From Acidobacteriota bacterium (lineage in GTDB: Bacteria > Acidobacteriota > UBA4820), in contig JAKQCT010000014.1 of the NCBI GenBank assembly GCA_029559035.1, positions 11,520 through 75,519 on the forward strand: 64,000 bases of DNA, given 5' to 3'. A program made the position numbers and the translations under genes. Every line of letters begins with the position of its first letter. Positions within the stretch are counted from its first letter, which is position 1. A model generated the notes under the pieces. The model had not been told where the DNA came from. It searched no databases and was given only the letters and a program-made list of their open reading frames with translations. This document shows positions 58,089 to 64,000 of this stretch, one piece after another.

Positions 58089-58955
58089 ATGTCGAAGATA
58101 ACCGTCCCCCCCTTTAAAAGCGTAAGCGTCCCTGCGATAAGGGATAAAAAGCGTTCCGGCGAGAAGGTGGTTATGGTAACCGCCTACGACTTCCCCTCCG
58201 CCAAGGCGTGCGACCAGGCGGGAGCCGACCTCATACTTGTCGGGGATTCCCTGGGGATGGTCGTCCAGGGCAACGAAGACACGCTGTCGGTGACTCTGGA
58301 AGAGATGATCTACCACACTTCCATGGTGGCCAGGGCCGCGAGGAGGGCGCTGGTGGTCAGCGACATGCCCTTCTTGACCTACCACACGGACGAGACCGAA
58401 TCGGTCAGGAACTGCGGGAGATGCATAAAGGAAGGAAAAGCCCAGGCCGTGAAAGTCGAGGGCGGAGCCAAGAGGGCCTCTCTGGTGAGGACCCTCGTGA
58501 ACAACGAGATACCGGTGATGGGACACATCGGCCTCACCCCCCAGTCGATCCACAGCCTCGGAGGGTTCAAGGTCCAGGGCAAGGACGAAGAGTCCGCAAG
58601 GATGCTCCTGGAAGACGCACTGGCGCTGGAGGACGCGGGAGCCTTCTCAGTCGTTCTCGAATGCATGCCCTCCGAGGTCGCCTCGAAGATAACCGCTTCG
58701 GTGAAGATACCTACTATCGGCATAGGCTCGGGGCCGCACTGCGACGGGCAGGTGCTTGTCTTCCACGACCTGCTCGGGATCTCCGACCCTCCCCACCCCC
58801 GCTTCGTCAAGAAATACAAGAATCTCAGGGACGAGATGGTGGAAGGGCTCTGCCAGTTCGCGAAAGAGGTCAGGAAAGGCGTTTACCCCTCCGAAGAACA
58901 GTCGTACCACCTGCAGAAAGATCCCCGGGGGGAGGAGAAGGAAAGAACCAAGTGA
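58089..58955 (+). CDS. panB: 3-methyl-2-oxobutanoate hydroxymethyltransferase
   Basis: It has MVTAYDFPSA, LVGDSLGMV and VKVEGG. The protein is 288 aa. Confidence 0.9.
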   Translation: MSKITVPPFKSVSVPAIRDKKRSGEKVVMVTAYDFPSAKACDQAGADLILVGDSLGMVVQGNEDTLSVTLEEMIYHTSMVARAARRALVVSDMPFLTYHTDETESVRNCGRCIKEGKAQAVKVEGGAKRASLVRTLVNNEIPVMGHIGLTPQSIHSLGGFKVQGKDEESARMLLEDALALEDAGAFSVVLECMPSEVASKITASVKIPTIGIGSGPHCDGQVLVFHDLLGISDPPHPRFVKKYKNLRDEMVEGLCQFAKEVRKGVYPSEEQSYHLQKDPRGEEKERTK

Positions 58956-59818
58956 TAATTTGCGGTTCCGTGAGAGAGATCAGGGAAACGAGCCGCGCCG
59001 TCAGGAGGGAAGGCAGGAAGATAGCCCTCGTCCCTACCATGGGATACCTTCACGAGGGGCACGTTTCTCTCGTGAGGAAAGCCAACAACCGCGCGGACTT
59101 CGTCGTCGTATCGATCTTCGTCAACCCGACCCAGTTCGGCCCCGAAGAGGATTTCGACAGGTACCCGAGGGACTTCGAAAGGGACAGGGTCATATGCGAA
59201 GAGGCCCGCGTGGACGCTCTCTTCTGTCCTCAGGTCGAAGAGATCTACCCCAGGGGGTATTCGACGTTCGTCGAGATAGAGGGCCGGATCGTGGACACCC
59301 TCTGCGGCGCCAGGAGGCCGGGACATTTCAGGGGCGTGGCTACGGTCGTTTCGAAGCTGTTCCTCGCGGTGGAGCCCGACATCGCGGTTTTCGGACAGAA
59401 AGACGCACAGCAGTGCGCTGTGATAAAGAAAATGACGCGTGACCTCGATTTTCCGGTCGAGATAGTCGTTTCCCCCATAGTCAGGGAAAAGGACGGCCTA
59501 GCCATGTCGAGCAGGAACAAGTACCTCGACCCCGGCGAGAGGCAGGCCGCTCCCTTAATCAAGAAGGGGCTGGACCTGGCTTCCAAGGCGTTCGGCGGGG
59601 GTGAGCGCTCGCCTGCGAAACTGAAACAGGCGGCGCTCGCCGAGATCGGTCGTTCGGCACTCCTGAAGCCGGATTATCTGGAAATAGTGGACTGCGGGAC
59701 ACTCGAGCCGCTCGAAACCCTTTCAGGGAAAAGGCCCGCCCTCCTTGCCGCGGCCGTCTTCTGCGGAAAAACGCGGCTGATAGACAACATAATCCTGGGA
59801 GCTCAGAATGGCAATTGA
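58952..59818 (+). CDS. panC: Pantoate--beta-alanine ligase
   Basis: It has ALVPTMGYLHEGHVSLV (HIGH-like) and FGQKDAQQ. The GTG start at 58952 overlaps the panB stop as GTGA. The first 248 codons of track ORF 58208..59818 are an alternate frame of panB and are rejected. Confidence 0.88.
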   Translation: MIICGSVREIRETSRAVRREGRKIALVPTMGYLHEGHVSLVRKANNRADFVVVSIFVNPTQFGPEEDFDRYPRDFERDRVICEEARVDALFCPQVEEIYPRGYSTFVEIEGRIVDTLCGARRPGHFRGVATVVSKLFLAVEPDIAVFGQKDAQQCAVIKKMTRDLDFPVEIVVSPIVREKDGLAMSSRNKYLDPGERQAAPLIKKGLDLASKAFGGGERSPAKLKQAALAEIGRSALLKPDYLEIVDCGTLEPLETLSGKRPALLAAAVFCGKTRLIDNIILGAQNGN

Positions 59819-60158
59819 GATGCTTGCGTCGAAGATACACAGGGCGAGGGTCACCGACTCGAACCTCGATTACGAAGGTTCTTTCACCATCGATTCCGAC
59901 ATCATGAAAAAAGCGGGGATCATCCCCTATCAGGCGGTCGAAATATACAACGTCACGAACGGTTCTAGGCTGAAGACCTACGCCATCGAGGGCGAGCCCG
60001 GCTCCAGGACATTCTGCGCGAACGGCGCCGCCGCCCACCAGATAAAGAAGGGGGATGTCGTCATAATATGCGCCTACGTCCAGGTGGACGCGAGCGAGGC
60101 TGCCGGTTTCAGGCCCACGGTCCTGAGGATCGGCGATAACAACGAAATTGCCGGATAA
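59808..60158 (+). CDS. panD: Aspartate 1-decarboxylase (pyruvoyl-dependent)
   Basis: KIHRARVTDSNLDYEGSFTIDSD contains the G-S self-cleavage site. The protein is 116 aa. The gene overlaps the panC stop. Confidence 0.9.
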   Translation: MAIEMLASKIHRARVTDSNLDYEGSFTIDSDIMKKAGIIPYQAVEIYNVTNGSRLKTYAIEGEPGSRTFCANGAAAHQIKKGDVVIICAYVQVDASEAAGFRPTVLRIGDNNEIAG

Positions 60159-60170
60159 GGAGAATTCGAG

Positions 60171-61934
60171 ATGAAAAGGACCATGATCTTTCTCGCAGTG
60201 ATGTTCTTCGCGGTATCCGCGGTCTTCGCGGGAGGCCCCGCGGACAGCGACCCGATTAAAGCCGTTTCAAGGCTGAAGGAGTTCAAGGCGCAGGAATCGC
60301 TGAGAAAAGCGGCGGCCGTGGAAAAGATGAAGCAGGCCGCGAAATACGGCCAGCAGGAAAAACAGAACATCGACATGCTCCACTACGACCTCGACCTCTT
60401 TGTCGACCCGAGCCAGAGGTTCATCAGCGGAACGGTAACGCTGACATTCTCCCCCACCGCCGCTCTTTCCTCGATCAGCTTCAGGCTGCACAAAAAATTG
60501 AACCTTGTCTCGATCATCGCGACCCTCGACGACGGAGTCACGTTCAATTTCAAAAGAAAGAAAGATGATATCAAGATCGACTTCACTTCCCCGCTGCAGA
60601 AGGACGCGATTTACCAGATCTCTCTCACGTACCGCGGTGCTCCGCAGATGACAGGGGCCCTCGGCGGCGGCATGCTTTTCAGCGATCATGACGGGGTGAT
60701 GTCTGCCACTACGCTCTCGGAACCGTTCGAAGCTTATGCTTGGTGGCCCGTCATAGACGAGGTTTCCGACAAATTCACCGCAGATATAAACCTCAAGACA
60801 CCCGCGGGGATGGTCGGAGCCTCCAACGGCACCCTTGAGGGAACAGTTACCAACCAGGACGGCACGGTCACTTACATGTGGAGCGAAGACTACCCGATCC
60901 CCGCCTACCTGATCTCGGTAAACGTCACCAACTACGAGCATTTCAGCGATTCCTACACCTCGCTGGACGGCAGCACGGCCATGCCGCTCGAATACTACGT
61001 CTATCCCGAGCACCTTTCGGAAGCGCGGACGAACTTCGAGGACATCCCCGAGATGATCTCTCTCTACGCGGGCCTGGTCGGAGAATATCCCTTTATCGGC
61101 GAGAAGTACGGGCAGGTGGAGTTCCCCTGGGGCGGCGCCATGGAGCATCAGACGCTGACGAGCATGGGAGATTACTTCGTCGGCTATTCCGATTATTACA
61201 ACAACCTCATTTACGCCCACGAGCTGTCCCACCAGTGGTTCGGCGACGAGGTGACCTGCGGGACCTGGCATGACATATGGCTCAACGAAGGGTTCGCCAC
61301 CTACTTCGAGGTTCTCTGGATGGTGCACGAATACAGCAGTTACGGATTGACAGTCGGCGGAGTGCTCGGCTCTTATTATGACGACGGCCTCGCGAACGGC
61401 GCGCTCCGGGGAACGGTCTACGTGAAGAACGAGAACAAGCCTTTCGCTGATTCAGACGCCATATACACGAAGGGGGCCTGGGTCCTGCACATGCTCAGCC
61501 GCGTCATGGGAGAGGAGAAATTCTGGCAGGCCATGAGGGCTTACCGTGAGAGGCATTCCATGTCCTCGGCGGTCACGGATGATTTCATGTCCGTGTGCGA
61601 AGAGTTCCACGGTTCCGACCTGAAATGGTTCTTCGACCAGTGGGTGTACACGAAGAAAAGGCCGGTCTATTCCTGGACGTACTCGCAGAGCGGGAACACG
61701 CTCAACATTAGCGTGATGCAGAAGCAGAAACACAAGATCGCCAACCGCTCCGAGAACAACGACCGCTACATAATGCCCATCGACATCACCGTTTACTATG
61801 ACGACGGGAGGGAGGAGACCGTTGTCATCAACAACGACGAGCGCTCGCAGGATTTCTCCGTCGCCGTCTCCGGAACCGTGAGCAACGTCGATTTCGACAA
61901 AGGCAATTTCATCCTCAAGGAGATGAAGGACTAG
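60171..61934 (+). CDS. Secreted M1-family zinc aminopeptidase
   Basis: It has a signal peptide, the GAMEH exopeptidase motif (GAMEN-type) and HELSHQWFGD...WLNEGFATYFE (the HExxH-18-E motif). Confidence 0.85.
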   Translation: MKRTMIFLAVMFFAVSAVFAGGPADSDPIKAVSRLKEFKAQESLRKAAAVEKMKQAAKYGQQEKQNIDMLHYDLDLFVDPSQRFISGTVTLTFSPTAALSSISFRLHKKLNLVSIIATLDDGVTFNFKRKKDDIKIDFTSPLQKDAIYQISLTYRGAPQMTGALGGGMLFSDHDGVMSATTLSEPFEAYAWWPVIDEVSDKFTADINLKTPAGMVGASNGTLEGTVTNQDGTVTYMWSEDYPIPAYLISVNVTNYEHFSDSYTSLDGSTAMPLEYYVYPEHLSEARTNFEDIPEMISLYAGLVGEYPFIGEKYGQVEFPWGGAMEHQTLTSMGDYFVGYSDYYNNLIYAHELSHQWFGDEVTCGTWHDIWLNEGFATYFEVLWMVHEYSSYGLTVGGVLGSYYDDGLANGALRGTVYVKNENKPFADSDAIYTKGAWVLHMLSRVMGEEKFWQAMRAYRERHSMSSAVTDDFMSVCEEFHGSDLKWFFDQWVYTKKRPVYSWTYSQSGNTLNISVMQKQKHKIANRSENNDRYIMPIDITVYYDDGREETVVINNDERSQDFSVAVSGTVSNVDFDKGNFILKEMKD

Positions 61935-61951
61935 GAGGCCGCTCCCTGAAC

Positions 61952-61980
61952 TTGAAAATTTGCCCGCTTGGTAATATCAT
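61952..61980 (+). promoter_or_regulatory. Putative sigma70-type promoter (TTGAAA-N17-TATCAT) upstream of the histidine kinase gene
   Basis: TTGAAA at 61952-61957 and TATCAT at 61975-61980. The ATG at 62004 follows. Confidence 0.3.
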
Positions 61981-62003
61981 TTAACCGACAAGCGAGGTGA
62001 AAC

Positions 62004-63122
62004 ATGTCAGACGTCGGAGAGCATGTGGGGAAAAAGCGGGCCCTCAGGCCCCTCGAGTCTTTCGGCATTGGCAGACTGATAACTGACGAGGACTTCAGGG
62101 TCGTGGAGATCTCGGAACAATCGGCGCGGCTGCTGGGCGCGGAGCCCGAGGATCTCCTCTCGAAGAGACTGACGGGAGAGATCGGCCCTAGGCGCGAAGT
62201 CCTCGAAGAAGCCGCCCGCGGCAAGATACATCTTTCGGAATGCAGGACGGCGGACGGCGGCACCATAAACGTCTGTTTCCGGGTGATGAAGCTCAACGGC
62301 GGAAGCGATGCCGAAGGCTTCGACGTGATCTTCCTGAAGGAAAGCGATACCCAGAAATGTTCCGGCGGAGAAAGCGTCCATTTCCACGAAGTGATCCACG
62401 AACTCGATTACAACCACGCGCAGACGATCTTTCTCGAGAGGCTTCTAGAATCCACGGGGCACGACCTGAAGACGCCTCTGGGCGTGGTCCTCGGTTATTG
62501 CGAGCTCCTGTTCAAGGGGAAAGCGAACGGAGCCGGCGATTCGGACCGCATACACAGGACCATATACAGGAACTGCGCCTGGATCTCGGAGATGGTGGAG
62601 AGGCTGGAGGAGTTCACCTCGATCGTCAAGCATTGCAAGGACGAGAAAAGAAAGCCGGTCAGCTTCACCCAAGCCCTTAGGGACTCCGCCGGGAGGCTTT
62701 CAAGGACATCCTTCGCGACAAAGGTCAAGCTCCACATCGAGGGTCCCGAATCGTCCGATACCGAAATCTCGGAGCCGCCGAACCTCATCGCTTCCATGGC
62801 GGACGAGCTTCTGAGGAACGCCATCCTGTACAGCAGGAGCGACAGGGAGGTCGCGATCTCGGTGTCGCGCGACGGGAAGAAAGTCTGCGCCGCGATGCTC
62901 ATCCCGGCAATGGAAGAAGATGCCCCGACCATGAACCATCTCATGGAGAGAGTCTTTGTCCAGCCTCCGGATTTTCACAAGGAGTCGGCAGAACAGAAGC
63001 CTGTCTGCCTGGGGCTCGGAGCGGTAAAATATCTCGTCATGATGATGGGAGGCACGATGAACGCCTCGAGCGGCCCGGGCGAAAGCGCCAGGATCGTCGT
63101 CGAACTGCCGGCCCAAGCATGA
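62004..63122 (+). CDS. Cytoplasmic sensor histidine kinase (PAS-like N-terminus, HisKA, HATPase_c), with no adjacent response regulator
   Basis: The H-box is STGHDLKTPLGVVLGYCELL, the N-box is LLRNAILYS and the G-box is GLGLGAVKYLVMMMGG. Confidence 0.75.
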   Translation: MSDVGEHVGKKRALRPLESFGIGRLITDEDFRVVEISEQSARLLGAEPEDLLSKRLTGEIGPRREVLEEAARGKIHLSECRTADGGTINVCFRVMKLNGGSDAEGFDVIFLKESDTQKCSGGESVHFHEVIHELDYNHAQTIFLERLLESTGHDLKTPLGVVLGYCELLFKGKANGAGDSDRIHRTIYRNCAWISEMVERLEEFTSIVKHCKDEKRKPVSFTQALRDSAGRLSRTSFATKVKLHIEGPESSDTEISEPPNLIASMADELLRNAILYSRSDREVAISVSRDGKKVCAAMLIPAMEEDAPTMNHLMERVFVQPPDFHKESAEQKPVCLGLGAVKYLVMMMGGTMNASSGPGESARIVVELPAQA

Positions 63123-63899
63123 TCAGTCCTGCCGCGGCTCAACAGCCTGATGCTGTTTTTTCCTTAGAAGCACCCTTATCGGGCCGAACGGGGCATCCTG
63201 AAAAAGGCTCACGACCCGTTTTTTCGCCATCTCCAGGACAGTCACGAAAGTAAGGACCGTGCCGAACCTGCCTTTGTCTTCCCCGAGAAGTTCCGTGAAC
63301 AGCGCAGTCCCTCGCTCCCTTATCAGCGCCAGGACCTCCTCCATCTTCTCGGCTATGTTCTTCTCTTCTACGAGGATTATTTTTGTTTCCTTGTTCTCGA
63401 TCCTCTGGATGACGTTCTTGATCGCCCCGACGAGATCCCATACTTCGAGGTCGTAGGTGTCCAGGCTCCCCTCCCCGGCTATCTCCCTGCGGTGGAACTG
63501 GCTGATCGCAAGCGCTTCCTTTTCGCCCAGAATGTGCCCCGCCTCTATCAGCTTCCTGTGCTCCAGGAGCTGATCCACGAGAGTTTTGCGGGGATCCTCG
63601 GCTACGGCTTCCTCCCGCGTGTGCCTCGGAAGAAGCATCTGGCCCTTGATGCTGATCAGTGTCGCGGCCATCGTTATGAAGTCGGCTGCGATGTAGAGGT
63701 TGAGGTCCTTCATCTTCGATAGGTACCTGTTGTACTGCTCTGTTATCTGCGCGATAGGGATGTCGTAGATGTCCAGCTCGTTCTTGTCGATAAAGTAAAG
63801 GAGCAGGTCAAGGGGGCCTTTGAAGACGGGAAGGGAATAGCGCGGCTCCGTACCGTCCCCTGCCTCGACGAATTTTCCTGGTTCCGTTATCGCGTCCAT
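63123..63899 (-). CDS. scpA: Segregation and condensation protein A
   Basis: It has FKGPLDLLLYFIDKNELDIYDIPIAQITEQY. The protein is 258 aa. Confidence 0.85.
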   Translation of the reverse strand: MDAITEPGKFVEAGDGTEPRYSLPVFKGPLDLLLYFIDKNELDIYDIPIAQITEQYNRYLSKMKDLNLYIAADFITMAATLISIKGQMLLPRHTREEAVAEDPRKTLVDQLLEHRKLIEAGHILGEKEALAISQFHRREIAGEGSLDTYDLEVWDLVGAIKNVIQRIENKETKIILVEEKNIAEKMEEVLALIRERGTALFTELLGEDKGRFGTVLTFVTVLEMAKKRVVSLFQDAPFGPIRVLLRKKQHQAVEPRQD

Positions 63900-63968
63900 G
63901 CCGTATCCAAAAAAAGCTATTATATATTATAATGCCTGATTGGCAAACCGCTAAGGAACGGAGGAAAA

Positions 63969-64000
63969 ATGCCCCGTGAAAAAGAACTCTCCAGGAAAGC
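63969..64000 (+). CDS. 5' end of an unidentified CDS running off the window
   Basis: ATG at 63969 is preceded by GGAGG and by a TATAAT box at 63928-63933. Only 10 codons are visible. Confidence 0.25.
   Translation, partial: MPREKELSRK

Noticed and set aside
58208-58951. The first 248 codons of track ORF 58208..59818
   Set aside because: This is an alternate frame of panB (Arg/Gly-rich). PanC homology begins at GTG 58952.

Overview
This is a 64 kb, gene-dense segment of a high-GC (about 60%) bacterial chromosome, most likely from an uncultured Gram-negative lineage. The lineage guess rests on waaA/kdtA, the futalosine-type MqnD-like gene, the DUF3857/DUF3858 transglutaminase pair and the RNase Y-YmdB module, which together resemble FCB-group or related candidate phyla; that is inference, not a search result.

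I call about 55 protein-coding genes, many coupled by ATGA or GTGA start/stop overlaps. I found no rRNA, tRNA, CRISPR array, transposase or integrase.

Housekeeping genes include folA, rnc, hflX, a HIT hydrolase, an ihfB-like HU/IHF gene, rpsA, pheST, rny-ymdB, zapA, trxA, waaA, rsmE, panBCD and scpA. Signalling genes include a cheY-cheA pair translationally coupled to an ExeA-like AAA ATPase, a 1389-aa tandem-cyclase/NTPase/TPR protein, a Ser/Thr kinase with TPR repeats, and an orphan histidine kinase. A heat-shock island (clpB-htpX-htrA-grpE) sits downstream of a near-consensus sigma70 promoter.

The most unusual locus is a tandem pair of giant secreted paralogues (about 1267 and 1607 aa). 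Each has Cys-bounded Ig-like repeats, a Lipase_2-like alpha/beta-hydrolase core whose nucleophile-elbow Ser is replaced by Asp in both copies, and a conserved IPT-like C-terminal module. Copy A also has a 7-blade propeller-like N-terminus and a C9 homopolymer tract just before the hydrolase domain.

A 326-bp AT-rich non-coding island and a low-GC patch (nrnA-like, elbB-like, waaA) interrupt the otherwise GC-rich sequence.

All calls come from reading the six-frame translations and the nucleotide sequence by eye. No database searches were run.
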